DNA of 64,000 bases from Polyangiaceae bacterium (GCA_965222375.1 CBDCTZ010000014.1:1184001-1248000), one strand, 5' to 3'; positions 19,597 through 29,916 are shown, numbered from the stretch's first letter. A program made the numbers and translations. The notes: generated by a model not told the origin, from the letters alone.

Positions 19597-20244
19597 ATGA
19601 GAGCTTCAATCCCCTACCTCAGTGTCGCCGTGGTGCTAGCCCTGGGCTGCCAGAAGGAAGCCCCAGCGGACCCAGCTCCAACGGCGGAGCCCGCCCAATC
19701 CGCGCCCGCCAAAGCGGAGGAGCCACCTCCCGAGAAGGTGGAAGCCGTCGCGAGCGCTGCGCCAAGCGCCAGCGCCGATCCCGAAGTCGCCCCGAAGGCG
19801 ACCGAGAAGTCCCCCGCTGCTGTCGCCAAAAAGCCCGGCCCGGCAGTCGCTCCCGCGCCGAAGGCCGAAGAGCGCAAGGTCAAGACCGTGCGTGGGTCGT
19901 CCGCTTCCGGGACTGGATTTGCCGTCTCCATTCAAGCCAAGAGCCCGGTGCGGAGCGGCGAAAGTTCCACCGCGACGGTCGTGCTCAGCTCGAAGGACCC
20001 CTTCAAGTGCAACGACAAGTATCCCTACAAGATGGCGCTTAGCGCTCCCAGTGGCGTCAGTTTCGCGTCTCAGACAGTTCGTGGCGCCAGCATTGGGAAA
20101 AAGACGACCACTCTCGGAATCCCTTTCACTGCCGGGCCCAAAGGCAAAGGCACAATTGCCGGCACCTTTTCCTTCTCCGTCTGCACCGACGACAAGTGCC
20201 TGATCGAGAAGCGACCGCTGTCCGTGACAATCGACGTCGACTGA
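19597..20244 (+). CDS. Lipoprotein with a C-terminal Ig-like (DsbD-N-like) domain
   Basis: Lipobox ALGC, Pro/Ala linker, FSVCTDDKC. Confidence 0.6.
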   Translation: MRASIPYLSVAVVLALGCQKEAPADPAPTAEPAQSAPAKAEEPPPEKVEAVASAAPSASADPEVAPKATEKSPAAVAKKPGPAVAPAPKAEERKVKTVRGSSASGTGFAVSIQAKSPVRSGESSTATVVLSSKDPFKCNDKYPYKMALSAPSGVSFASQTVRGASIGKKTTTLGIPFTAGPKGKGTIAGTFSFSVCTDDKCLIEKRPLSVTIDVD

Positions 20245-20376
20245 CGTTTTGACATCGCGCGTCGCGTTGCCGGCCGATCTGTCGGTGGGCGCACAGGAGG
20301 CCGCGTAACACTGCCGGTTTTTTTTGCGACTTGCGCCGGCGACGCCACTGGCACGATCCTTCCATGGGTTGCTACG

Positions 20377-21285
20377 GTGGCGGAGGTTCAACCGATTGTC
20401 GTTGGCATGCTCGCGCTCAGCGCGATCGGGGTGTGCGTTGGCATGCTCGCGGGGCCTACCCGGCCGCGCCGCGTTGCCGCGCTGGCCCTCGGTCTGCTGT
20501 CACTCTTGGTGCCGCTCTCATTGCCGAGTGAGGCCGTTTTGGCTCGGGGCTTGACCGCCCTGTGGACCATCATGATCGTGCTCCGCAGCATCGACCTTGC
20601 GACTGAGCGGCGCACGTCGCCGCTTCCAATACGGATTGCGTTGATGTTCGTGGCCTTCGACATTCGAGCTGCGCGGCGCTGCACGCCAGAGGTCCAGCCA
20701 CGTGCCCTCGCGGTGGGGGTGCTGTTGGCGCTGTTGGGAGTGGCGGCGTTGATCGGAGCAATCGTGTTTTCGCCACGGCTAGCCTCCCCTTGGCAATACC
20801 CGCTGCGTTGGCTCGCGGGTGCCGTCTTCGTCTACGCCACCGCGGACGCGGCGAACTTCTTGGTCACGGCTGGCTACCGCGGCCTGGGTTGGAAGATCCC
20901 GCCTCAGCACGATCACCCGATCTTGAGTCGTTCCATCGCCGAGTTCTGGTCCAAGCGCTGGAACATCAACGTGCACGCCTGGCTGATGCGGCATGCCTTT
21001 CGTCCGTTTGCTGCACGCGGTCGGCCGGAGCTCGGGTTGTGCTTCGCATTTTTCGTCAGCGCGCTTCTGCATTGGTGGCTGATCTACGCCGCACTGGGGG
21101 TTGCGTGGGCCCTACTCATGGGCGCGTTCTTTCTGTTGCAGGGCTTGCTCGTGCTCGTGGAGCGTGCCGTGCGCATCAGCCGCTTGTCCCCGCCGCTGCA
21201 GCGAGCCTGGACCGTGGGCTGGATGATCTTGACGACGCCGCTATTCATGGAGCCCTTCCTCAGGCTGGTCCCTGTTTCATCCTGA
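20377..21285 (+). CDS. MBOAT-family (wax synthase-like) membrane acyltransferase
   Basis: Multiple TM segments, PILSRSIAEFWSKRWN, FFVSALLH. Confidence 0.85.
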   Translation: MAEVQPIVVGMLALSAIGVCVGMLAGPTRPRRVAALALGLLSLLVPLSLPSEAVLARGLTALWTIMIVLRSIDLATERRTSPLPIRIALMFVAFDIRAARRCTPEVQPRALAVGVLLALLGVAALIGAIVFSPRLASPWQYPLRWLAGAVFVYATADAANFLVTAGYRGLGWKIPPQHDHPILSRSIAEFWSKRWNINVHAWLMRHAFRPFAARGRPELGLCFAFFVSALLHWWLIYAALGVAWALLMGAFFLLQGLLVLVERAVRISRLSPPLQRAWTVGWMILTTPLFMEPFLRLVPVSS

Positions 21286-21369
21286 TGGGACGTCCCTCAA
21301 ACACCCGGCTTTTCTCGAAATTTCGGCCGGCGTAGGTGCAAGTGGGGCTCATGCAACTACAATGAAGGC

Positions 21370-22680
21370 ATGAGCTTAGCGCGCCTCGGGCACGCCATTA
21401 TCCTCTTGCTCCCCCTGTCTTGTGCATCGCTGCTCGACTACGACGAGCTGTCGTTCGAGGGGCAGGACGCGGGAGACTCGAGCGGGGGGATCGGTGGAAC
21501 GGGCGGCACTGCACTGGGTGGCTTCGCGGGCGTTGCAGGCGTCGGCGGCGGCTCCGGTGGCATGTCCGGCGGAGCTGGCACAGGCAGCGGTGGAGTGAGC
21601 GGCAGCGCGGGGGTGGGTGCAACCGGGGGCGGCACCTCGACCGGGGGTACGTCGTCAGGGGGCAGTGGGGGCAGTCTGGGCCCCTGCGCGAGCGTGCAAT
21701 GCGGAAAAGGCGAGTACTGCGATCCCGCGGACAAACAGTGCAAATGCTCACCCGGCTTCATCGACAACGGCGGCAAATGCGAGATGGACCTCCCGGGAGA
21801 TCCCGCGACCCACACCACCAAACAGGTTTGCGACAAGTGGAAGTGGGGCAATACCGTAGTGGACAGTTCGCCCTGGACCGCGGGCCCGAGCGAATGCGAT
21901 CCGGGCACGTTGTCCCAAGCAGGCATCAACGACGCCGTTCGCCGTATCAATATGTTCCGATGGCTGATCGGCCTAGGTCCCGTCGAGGACGAACCGTCCA
22001 TGAACGAGACCAGTCGCTGGTGCGCTCCCCTGGCGTCTTGGAACCCGCCAGGCAGCTTGAGCTGCACGAAATACCCTTCCTGTTGCCCTAACGGCTGCTC
22101 CTCGCATCAGCCGCCGAAAGCTGCCAAGTGCTACACGGCCGCGGGCGCTCAGGGCACGAGCGGGTCGAACCTTGCTTGGGGCAATTCCGTGTCCCAATCC
22201 ATGACCCAGCTCATCGACGACGGCAGCAGCGGTAAGACGGATCCCACAGGGCTGGGCCTTGGCCACCGACAATGGCTGTTCAAGGCAACTCTGGGTCAAG
22301 TTGGCATCGGTCACTACGCCGGTGGGGGCCAGTACGGCCGTGCCACCTGCAACGCGGTATTCGGCGGTGGCGGGGGTGGACCGAATCCGTCCTGGTATGC
22401 ATTGCCGCCTCCGGGGCCATCGCCGCTACCGATCTTCAACTATGCGTGGAGCTTCCATGCCAAGAGCAGCCTGAGCAAGGCTACAGCTAGTGTGAAGCTG
22501 AAGAGCAACGGTACGCCGCGAGCAGTCAAATTCGCGCCCTCGACATTTCCGGTGATTCCCACGCTGGTAATCATCCCCGACGGCTGGAAGCCGAAGGTCG
22601 GCGAACAATACGAAGTGACCGTCACTGGTTTCACTGGCGGTCCGGCGACCTACGTCGTCGAGCCCGTCAGCTGTCCCTGA
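21370..22680 (+). CDS. CAP/SCP-domain lipoprotein with a Gly-rich linker and an EGF-like module
   Basis: Lipobox PLSC, INMFRWLIGL, NLAWG, GHRQWL, VGIG. Confidence 0.7.
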   Translation: MSLARLGHAIILLLPLSCASLLDYDELSFEGQDAGDSSGGIGGTGGTALGGFAGVAGVGGGSGGMSGGAGTGSGGVSGSAGVGATGGGTSTGGTSSGGSGGSLGPCASVQCGKGEYCDPADKQCKCSPGFIDNGGKCEMDLPGDPATHTTKQVCDKWKWGNTVVDSSPWTAGPSECDPGTLSQAGINDAVRRINMFRWLIGLGPVEDEPSMNETSRWCAPLASWNPPGSLSCTKYPSCCPNGCSSHQPPKAAKCYTAAGAQGTSGSNLAWGNSVSQSMTQLIDDGSSGKTDPTGLGLGHRQWLFKATLGQVGIGHYAGGGQYGRATCNAVFGGGGGGPNPSWYALPPPGPSPLPIFNYAWSFHAKSSLSKATASVKLKSNGTPRAVKFAPSTFPVIPTLVIIPDGWKPKVGEQYEVTVTGFTGGPATYVVEPVSCP

Positions 22681-22745
22681 GCCCGCGGTCTTGCCGAGGA
22701 AGATCTGTCATCGCGCTCGGCTTGGGCGCGAGGTTCGACCCATCG

Positions 22746-24002
22746 TCAGCCGAGGCGGTTGAGATCCCCGCCGGCTATGTTGTCGGGGCTCGCGTTGACG
22801 AGAAAGCCATGTAGCTCGCTGAGCCCGGCCATTACCCGCGCCCCGAGTTCACTGGGCTGCCCCTCAGCGGTCAGAGTTCGTAGTCCTCGCTCGTTGGCAG
22901 CAAGTACTTCCTGGCGCCGCCGTCGAAATGCGTCGGTGTTTGCCACGGGGTGCTGAAGCGCCGCGAGTTGGTAGTGGAGCGCGGCCACGGGAACGAAAGC
23001 ATGTACTGCGAGCAATACGCCGCTCAGGGGACGCAAATCCGGCCGCACTTCGGACTTGGTCCATACGGTGTCCCCGTTTTCCAGGAGGGGATCGAACCAA
23101 CGCAATAGATTCAGCTTGCCGTGCTGAGTTTCGTGCACGATCGCCTCTGCCATCGTGAGCAGCGACGGATGGAGAGTCATGTAGATCAGGCCCGGGCCCT
23201 CACGATAGGAGGCGGAGTAGTGGCGTTCTGGTTCGAATCCCACAGGCACGATGCGCTCCAAGTTGGTGTGCACCTCTTCTCCCAGTGTGGGAATGGCGTT
23301 TGCGACGAGTTCGAGGGCCGACTGCAAAGTGGCGCGCCAGTCTTCGACGCTTTTGCCGCCCAGGTCGAGTTGGTTGCCGCTCTTGTCCGGATGTTCTTCC
23401 AGCGAAAACAGCGGGTTGCTATCTGCCAGAGCCAGCGCAGGCCCGTCGTCAGTGCCGAGGGGACGCAAGAACCTCTCGCGCTGTAGCGCGGCTGGAGGCG
23501 GCGCGTCTCCCAATAGATCGAAGTGGTTGCCGGTCGTGAGTCGCAGGTTGGCCGCGGATCCGGCTATTGCGAGCCCCAAGGCCGGTTCTTCACAGTGAGT
23601 AACGCAACCCGCGACGGGGTCGAAGACTTCGGTCACTGGAAAATCCCAGAGCACACGTTCTTGGGAGTTGCTCGGGAGGCTTCGCGCCAGGCTCACCAAC
23701 ATCGCCGGCACTGAAGTTGAAAGGGCCGCCGACAATTCCGTGATGCCACTCTTGGCAGCTAGCAGTGGAACCAACACGTCCACCCTCTGCAGAGCGCTCA
23801 CCAGCACGCGCTTGTGCGTTGTTCGAAGCACCGCCTCGAGAAACCCCTGAAGACGGCCCAGGGCAGGGCCGGCGGGGCCAGCTTCGGAGCTTCGCGCGGA
23901 AAGGAGTGAGTGCAGCGCAGTGAGCGCCAGTTTGCGGCGCAGGGTCCCGACGCTGCGATCTCCGCTAGGCGGAAGTACGAGAAAGCCGATCGGAAGAACC
24001 AC
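22746..24002 (-). CDS. HExxH-motif peptide-modification protein (aKG-HExxH beta-hydroxylase-like)
   Basis: SAS..GPGLIY, AEAIVHETQHGKLNLL, VRPDLRPLSGVLLAVHAF (compare PWRxDxRP of this family); start codon uncertain. Confidence 0.82.
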   Translation of the reverse strand: MVLPIGFLVLPPSGDRSVGTLRRKLALTALHSLLSARSSEAGPAGPALGRLQGFLEAVLRTTHKRVLVSALQRVDVLVPLLAAKSGITELSAALSTSVPAMLVSLARSLPSNSQERVLWDFPVTEVFDPVAGCVTHCEEPALGLAIAGSAANLRLTTGNHFDLLGDAPPPAALQRERFLRPLGTDDGPALALADSNPLFSLEEHPDKSGNQLDLGGKSVEDWRATLQSALELVANAIPTLGEEVHTNLERIVPVGFEPERHYSASYREGPGLIYMTLHPSLLTMAEAIVHETQHGKLNLLRWFDPLLENGDTVWTKSEVRPDLRPLSGVLLAVHAFVPVAALHYQLAALQHPVANTDAFRRRRQEVLAANERGLRTLTAEGQPSELGARVMAGLSELHGFLVNASPDNIAGGDLNRLG

Positions 24003-24144
24003 CTGGATTGTCGCAGTTTGGCACGAACTCCGGGGGATCGGGGGCCTTCATGTAGGTAAATGTCGCACCTGTCAGAACCGGAAGGTGGACCCGATACCTA
24101 GGAAAGCTACTATTCCTCTGATTCTCAGAATTACTTCGGAACCT

Positions 24145-24723
24145 ATGACCACGGCCTCCCTCACTTCGCACGAAGTCGCGCGTCTGATTCGCGTGAGCCC
24201 GTCGACCGTACTGTCCTGGATCGACAAGGGACTTCTACCCGCGTATCGGACCGTTGGAGGCCATCGCCGGGTGGACTCCAACAATCTGGTCAGCTTCTTG
24301 CGCCAGCACGAAATGCCGGTGCCGCGCGCCCTTTCGCCAGTTCAGCGTCTTCTCGTCATCGACGACGAAGAACGCTTCTTGAGCACCGCCAAACGACTGT
24401 TGGAGCGCGAGCTGAAGCCCGTTGAAGTCGCCACGGCATTGGGGCCCATCGAGGGTTTGTTGAGAGTCGGGAGCTTCCGCCCAGACGCGGTGCTGCTGGA
24501 CGCAATGATGCCGGGCATCGACGGCGTCGAAGTGTGCCGCAGGCTGCACCGAGCGCCCGAGACGTCCCACGTCATGGTCGTCGCTCTGACCGGAAACCCA
24601 TCCCAGGAACTAGCAGACGCGTTTCTAAAGGCGGGGGCCGTCGCGTGTCTTACCAAGCCCATCAACCTGGCGAGGATCCGGGAAGTGTTGGGCGTGAATC
24701 ATGAGAAAGAGGCGTCGCCATGA
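24145..24723 (+). CDS. Response regulator with an N-terminal excisionase-type HTH and a C-terminal receiver
   Basis: LTSHEVARLIRVSPSTVLSWIDKGLLPAYRTVGGHRR; VIDDE, LLDAMMP, KP. Confidence 0.9.
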   Translation: MTTASLTSHEVARLIRVSPSTVLSWIDKGLLPAYRTVGGHRRVDSNNLVSFLRQHEMPVPRALSPVQRLLVIDDEERFLSTAKRLLERELKPVEVATALGPIEGLLRVGSFRPDAVLLDAMMPGIDGVEVCRRLHRAPETSHVMVVALTGNPSQELADAFLKAGAVACLTKPINLARIREVLGVNHEKEASP

Positions 24724-26201
24724 GTAACTCTACGATTGCAATAGATGCCGTGCGTGTGCGCAAGAAAGCGAACCTCCGTCGTATGCGCGCTCGTCGCCTG
24801 CGGGTCGAAGACCTGAACCTGGGCGTGACATCCGCTTCGGCGTGTCACGCCACCCTCGGCGCCATTCGCGGCAGCGTGTCGGATCTCTCGCTGACGGGCC
24901 TCGCGATTGCGGTGCCCGGAGCCGCGGCGAGCCAGGGCTTGGTCCTGGTCGGCGACCGACTGACCGACCTGGTCGTAACCTGCCCCACCGGAGTCCTACA
25001 CGAGGGCACGGCCAGCGTCCGCCGGGTTGCGGATAATGGCAGCGATCTGGTGCTGGGCAGCGAACTGGACTCCCAGGGCATCGACCTCGGATTGGTGTAC
25101 CGCCTGGGCACTCGACACGGCTTTGCTGAGCGCTTTCAGGCGGTCGTTGGCTCCACGGAAGTGAGCCGGATATTCGCCGAGTTCAAAGCCTGGGTCGCAG
25201 ACTTGCGTGCCTACCTCCTGGCAACCCGGAACTTCTTGATCGAGGAGGAGCGCGGCCTGGACGGGATGGACAAGCTCACCCGCGACCAAACGTTGCAGGC
25301 CTACTTGGACGAAGCAACGCCGCTCTTGGTGGAACGCATGAACGCCGCGTCCCAGCAGCTGTCCGACTTCGCCTCTAGGCTATCCGATGATCAGCACCCC
25401 CACTACCGCGCCTACTTCCGAGCCCACCTGCTTTCGCTGATCTGCGAATCGCCGCTCTTGCGCCGTGCCTTCGAGAAGCCCCTCGGCTACGCCGGCGACT
25501 ACGAGATGATGAACATGTTGTATCGGGATCATGCTGAGGGCGCATCCCTGTTTGCGCGCGCTCTCAACGTCTACGGTGCCCAAGAGCCCGCGGCCCGCGC
25601 CAACATCAACCGCCTCGAGTACCTGGGACACAAGATCTCGGAAATGGTCGCAGAGCGCGAGGGGCGGGTCCGCATCGCCAGCATCGGCTGTGGCCCAGCG
25701 GGGGAGATCAGTCAGTTGCTCGAAAAGCGACCCGAACTCGGAGAACGCCTTGACGTCGCGTTGATCGATCAAGAGCGACGCGCCATTGCGTTTTGCGAAC
25801 GCACCTTGGGACCGGTGGCGGCCCAGACCGGCGCCAAGGTTCAATTCATCGAGGAGTCCGTGCGTCGTCTGTTGACGGCGCGCGAGCTATCGAGAACTCT
25901 CGGGCGCAGGGAGCTGATCTACAGCGCCGGACTATTCGACTATCTGAACTCGAGGAGCGTTGCGGCACTCTTGAACGCATTGTATGAAGCCCTCGTTCCG
26001 GGTGGGAACCTCTTTGTCGGCAACGTCGCGGCCCACAACCCCACTCGCTACTTCATGGAGTACTGCCTGGATTGGTTTCTGATCCATCGCTCTCCGGACG
26101 AATTGTTGGGGTTTGCTGAAGGCTTGACACCTAAGCCGAGCCTTGCGGAAGTGGACTCCGAGCCCCTCGGCGTGAATCTGTTCTTGCATGTGATCAAATG
26201 A
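24720..26201 (+). CDS. Class I SAM methyltransferase, PhcB-like, with an N-terminal PilZ-like domain
   Basis: KPLGYAGDYEMMNMLY, SIGCGPAGE, YSAGLFDYL, LVPGGNLFVGN, DWFLIHR; N-terminal R..R / DLSLTG. Confidence 0.75.
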   Translation: MSNSTIAIDAVRVRKKANLRRMRARRLRVEDLNLGVTSASACHATLGAIRGSVSDLSLTGLAIAVPGAAASQGLVLVGDRLTDLVVTCPTGVLHEGTASVRRVADNGSDLVLGSELDSQGIDLGLVYRLGTRHGFAERFQAVVGSTEVSRIFAEFKAWVADLRAYLLATRNFLIEEERGLDGMDKLTRDQTLQAYLDEATPLLVERMNAASQQLSDFASRLSDDQHPHYRAYFRAHLLSLICESPLLRRAFEKPLGYAGDYEMMNMLYRDHAEGASLFARALNVYGAQEPAARANINRLEYLGHKISEMVAEREGRVRIASIGCGPAGEISQLLEKRPELGERLDVALIDQERRAIAFCERTLGPVAAQTGAKVQFIEESVRRLLTARELSRTLGRRELIYSAGLFDYLNSRSVAALLNALYEALVPGGNLFVGNVAAHNPTRYFMEYCLDWFLIHRSPDELLGFAEGLTPKPSLAEVDSEPLGVNLFLHVIK

Positions 26202-28726
26202 CCCAAGCCCGAGCACCGGGCGCGAGCTTTGATAGCCACCTCGCCCAAGTGAACCTCAATGGGGCGCGGCTGGGCTACCTGCTCTCCGCGATTCTCATGC
26301 CCGCGGGGTTCGCTTTGGACTTGGCGATGGCGCCCGACCGCGTTGGCGAGTTCTTCGCGATTCGTTGCGTGGCGAGCGTAGCCGCCTTGGCGCTGCTCGT
26401 CGTCAGTCACAGGCCTTGGGCCATTAGCCACCCGGTGCTGTTGGGTGCAGGGCCGCCGCTGGTGTGCGCATCGAGCATTCAAGCGATGATCCTGCGACTG
26501 GATGGCGTCGTTTCGCCCTACTACGCGGGATTGAACCTCTGCATTCTTGCGGTTGGCGTGCTCTATACTTGGCGCTGGCGCCACGCCCTCGCCGTCAGCG
26601 GCGTAATCGTGATGCTGTGGCTGGTACCCGCGATTCCATCGGCCTTGGATGGCAGCTTGCCGATACGCCCGTTCTTCAACAACCTGTACTTCCTGACGTT
26701 GACCACGGTGATCTCGGTGGCCTCGACCGTGATTCGCTTCCGCTCCGCGGAGCGTGAGTTCACTGCTCGAGATCAACTCGAACAGACCAGTGAAGAGCTC
26801 GCGGCCACCCTGGAGCAACTGAGGGAAGTCGATCGTCTGAAAAGCGAGTTCTTTGCCAACATCTCCCACGAGCTGCGAACACCACTGACCCTGATCTTGA
26901 GCCCCGTCGAGGACTTGCTTGCCACGGAGCGGCCGGAGCGTGAACATTCTGCGCTCAGTATCGTCCGGCGCAATGCGCAGCGCCTGCTCCGGTTGATTGA
27001 CGACCTGCTCGACCTGGCACGTCTCGAGGCCGGAGGTTTGCGTTTGCGGGTCGCCGAGTTGGATCTGGCAGACCTCGCCCGGCGGGTGGTCGATATGAGT
27101 CGCCCGACGGCTGACCAAAGGGGGCTGTCCTTGGAAGTGCCGGAACTCGAGTCTACTTCCGATGTGCACGGCGATCCCCATCGCCTCGAGATGATCGTTA
27201 CCAACCTGGTGAGCAACGCTCTGAAGTTCACTCCCGAGGGAGGCAAGGTGACTGTGAGCGTCGTATTGGACGAGGCTACCGCGATCTTGCGCGTGACGGA
27301 CACCGGGCCGGGCATCGATGAGGACCAGCAGAAGAGGATCTTCGATCGCTTCTACCAGGTCGAGGGCTCTGAGCGCCGTCGCCATGGCGGCGCGGGGATC
27401 GGGCTTGCCCTTGCACGAGAATTAGCCCGCCTGCACGGCGGGGAGCTGCGCGTTGAGAGCACAGTGGGACAGGGCGCGACCTTCATCTTGACGTTGCCGG
27501 TCGGTTTGGACCACTTCAGCGAGGAAGTGCTGGAACGCCGCCGGGTTGCTCAGGAAGCCCATCCCGGGCGCCGAGTTTCGGATCGCGAGTTTTCCGTCCC
27601 CGTCGCCGGGGAAGGAGGTGCGGTTGTCACCAGCAGAAAGGAATCCCCCATCCGTCTCGACCGCGGTCGTCGGGCACGAATACTCGTGGTCGAAGATGAA
27701 GCCGACTTGCGGGCCTTCATCGCCACAGCGCTCGGGGAGGAGTTTGACGTGATCGTGGCCGCGGATGGTGCCGACGCCCTCGAAAAGGCCCGGGAGAAGC
27801 GTCCGGATCTCGTGTTGACGGACGTGATGATGCCGAACGTCAGCGGTACGGATCTGTGCCGCGCCATCAAAGCCGACCCCAGCATGAAGAGCACACCCGT
27901 GGTCATGCTGACGGCGCGTTCCGGTTCGGATTCGACTCTGGAAGCCTATTCCGCGGGTGCGGATGACTTCGTCACCAAGCCCTTTCACACCCGTGTGCTG
28001 ATCGCGCGGATCCGCGCCCAACTCAAACTCCGCGCCCTGGGGCTACAGCTTGCCAATCAAGCGCGACTTTCTACCGCTGGGACTCTCGCTGCGGGCATTG
28101 CCCATGAGGTCAAGAACCCCGTCAACGCAATCCTCAATGCCGCAAAGCTCCTGGCCCGGGGAGAAAGCAAGAAAGTGCCGCGCGAGCGCTTGCTTGCGGT
28201 GCTCCAAGATGGCGCTACCCGGGTCGTTGACATCGTTTCTTCCCTGGAGGAGCACGTGCGCCCCGCCGAACAGGATGGAGTGACGACCTGCTCCGTCGAC
28301 GAGGGGCTCGATTCGTCGCTACGCCTCCTAGCCCACAAGTTCGATGGCATCACAGTGCACAAGAGGTACCGCGCGCAGCGCGACGTGGTTGCGAGCGCGC
28401 GACAGCTCAATCAGGTCTTCCTGAACTTGTTGGACAACGCTGGCAAGGCAAAGCCAAAGAACATCTGGTTGACCACCGAAGAGATCCCCGGCAGTGGGGT
28501 GGCCATCGCCGTGGAGGACGATGGCGAGGGCGTTCCTCCCGAGGTTGCGGCGCTGCTATTCGAGCCCTTCTTCACGACCCGCGGGGTCACTGAAGGAACC
28601 GGGCTTGGTCTTTTTCTGTGCCGGCGCATCGTCGACGACGCGGGGGGCACGCTGCGCTACGAGGATCGGGAAGGCGGCGGGGCTCGGTTCGTCGTCGAAC
28701 TGCCTGCGATGGAGGCAGCGGCGTGA
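26198..28726 (+). CDS. Membrane hybrid sensor kinase (about 6 TM, HisKA-HATPase-REC-HisKA-HATPase)
   Basis: SHELRTPL, NALKFT, DTGPGI, GAGIGL; VEDE...TDVMMP; AHEVKNP, GTGLGL. Confidence 0.92.
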   Translation: MTQARAPGASFDSHLAQVNLNGARLGYLLSAILMPAGFALDLAMAPDRVGEFFAIRCVASVAALALLVVSHRPWAISHPVLLGAGPPLVCASSIQAMILRLDGVVSPYYAGLNLCILAVGVLYTWRWRHALAVSGVIVMLWLVPAIPSALDGSLPIRPFFNNLYFLTLTTVISVASTVIRFRSAEREFTARDQLEQTSEELAATLEQLREVDRLKSEFFANISHELRTPLTLILSPVEDLLATERPEREHSALSIVRRNAQRLLRLIDDLLDLARLEAGGLRLRVAELDLADLARRVVDMSRPTADQRGLSLEVPELESTSDVHGDPHRLEMIVTNLVSNALKFTPEGGKVTVSVVLDEATAILRVTDTGPGIDEDQQKRIFDRFYQVEGSERRRHGGAGIGLALARELARLHGGELRVESTVGQGATFILTLPVGLDHFSEEVLERRRVAQEAHPGRRVSDREFSVPVAGEGGAVVTSRKESPIRLDRGRRARILVVEDEADLRAFIATALGEEFDVIVAADGADALEKAREKRPDLVLTDVMMPNVSGTDLCRAIKADPSMKSTPVVMLTARSGSDSTLEAYSAGADDFVTKPFHTRVLIARIRAQLKLRALGLQLANQARLSTAGTLAAGIAHEVKNPVNAILNAAKLLARGESKKVPRERLLAVLQDGATRVVDIVSSLEEHVRPAEQDGVTTCSVDEGLDSSLRLLAHKFDGITVHKRYRAQRDVVASARQLNQVFLNLLDNAGKAKPKNIWLTTEEIPGSGVAIAVEDDGEGVPPEVAALLFEPFFTTRGVTEGTGLGLFLCRRIVDDAGGTLRYEDREGGGARFVVELPAMEAAA

Positions 28727-29865
28727 GCGGTTTGGTACTCTTGGTGGATGACGACGAGGCGAACCTCGTCGTATGCGAAGCGGCCTTGGACGACATCGAG
28801 TGCCAGACTGCGGTCGACGCCGCTACCGCTCTGGAAGTGTTGCATACGCGCGAGGTCGCGGTCTTGCTCACGGATCAACGAATGCCGGGAATGACGGGCG
28901 TCGAGCTCTGTGAGGCAGCGCGCAAAGAGTCCCCGGAGACGATTCGCATTCTGATTACGGCGTATTCGGATCTACGGGCCGCGATCGATGCCATCAACCT
29001 GGGGCAGGTGCGACGCTACTTGCGGAAGCCTTGGGAGCCCGAGGAGCTCTCGGCGGAGGTGCGGGATGCCCTGGACGTATACAATCTCAGTTCGCGCCTG
29101 CGCCTCGCTGAACAGCGCCTACGGCGCACGGAGCAGCTCTACGCGCTCGGCGTGGCTTCGGCGGAAGTGGCTCACGAGATCAACAATCCCCTGTCGTTCA
29201 TCGTAAACAACCACGACTTCATTCGTTCAGCGATTAAGGAGGTACGGTCGACTTTGGCGGCGGAGCGCCCCAAGGCGGCTGAGCTGCACACTGTGCTTGA
29301 TCAAGTCGATGAGGCCTTGGAGGACATGCACGATGGCTTGACTCGGATTTCGAGCATCGTGCGCGGCATCAGCATGCCATCCCGAGACGGGCAAAACGAC
29401 GACAAGGTGGACCTGGGCGATGTCGTTCGCCTGTCCCTGAGGCTGGTCAAGACGGAACTCGGCAAGCGAGCGTCTCTAGTCGTCGACGCGAACGGCGGGC
29501 CTTTCGTTCGAGGGTCGGCTACCAAGCTTGGGCAGGTGCTGATCAATCTGTTGATGAACGCCATCCAGGCCTTTGGCGATCGCCCTCGGGGTCAGAACAT
29601 TGTCTTCATCGACGTGGGCGCCGATGGCGAGTGGGCCTATGTGCGAGTTGGTGACAACGGTCCTGGGCTCGACGATGCCACGATGGAGCGGATCTTCGAG
29701 CCCTTCTTCACTACGAAGGGTGACCAAGGCACCGGCCTTGGATTGGCTATCTGCCGCACTCTGGTGGAAGAGCACTCGGGGGCGTTGACCGCTGGGGGTC
29801 GGTCGGGCGGCGGCGCGCTGTTCACAGTCAGGCTGCCGCGGCTGGAGATGAGCGCGTTGGAGTAG
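28723..29865 (+). CDS. Receiver-histidine kinase hybrid (PhcR-like architecture)
   Basis: GTG overlaps the upstream TGA; LVDDD, TDQRMP, KPW; AHEINNP, DNGPG, GTGLGL. Confidence 0.9.
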   Translation: MSGLVLLVDDDEANLVVCEAALDDIECQTAVDAATALEVLHTREVAVLLTDQRMPGMTGVELCEAARKESPETIRILITAYSDLRAAIDAINLGQVRRYLRKPWEPEELSAEVRDALDVYNLSSRLRLAEQRLRRTEQLYALGVASAEVAHEINNPLSFIVNNHDFIRSAIKEVRSTLAAERPKAAELHTVLDQVDEALEDMHDGLTRISSIVRGISMPSRDGQNDDKVDLGDVVRLSLRLVKTELGKRASLVVDANGGPFVRGSATKLGQVLINLLMNAIQAFGDRPRGQNIVFIDVGADGEWAYVRVGDNGPGLDDATMERIFEPFFTTKGDQGTGLGLAICRTLVEEHSGALTAGGRSGGGALFTVRLPRLEMSALE

Positions 29866-29916
29866 GTGTATCGGGCAAACTGGGCGTGAGCCTTCAGCGT
29901 GTTAGGCTTCGCATAG

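Noticed and set aside
22746..24002. HExxH protein as the leader-removing zinc protease
   Set aside because: The flanking motifs match the rSAM-associated aKG-HExxH family rather than a gluzincin peptidase; not fully excluded
24145..24300. Excisionase-like HTH suggesting a mobile element
   Set aside because: It is fused to a receiver domain, a common regulator architecture; no integrase or att sites were seen
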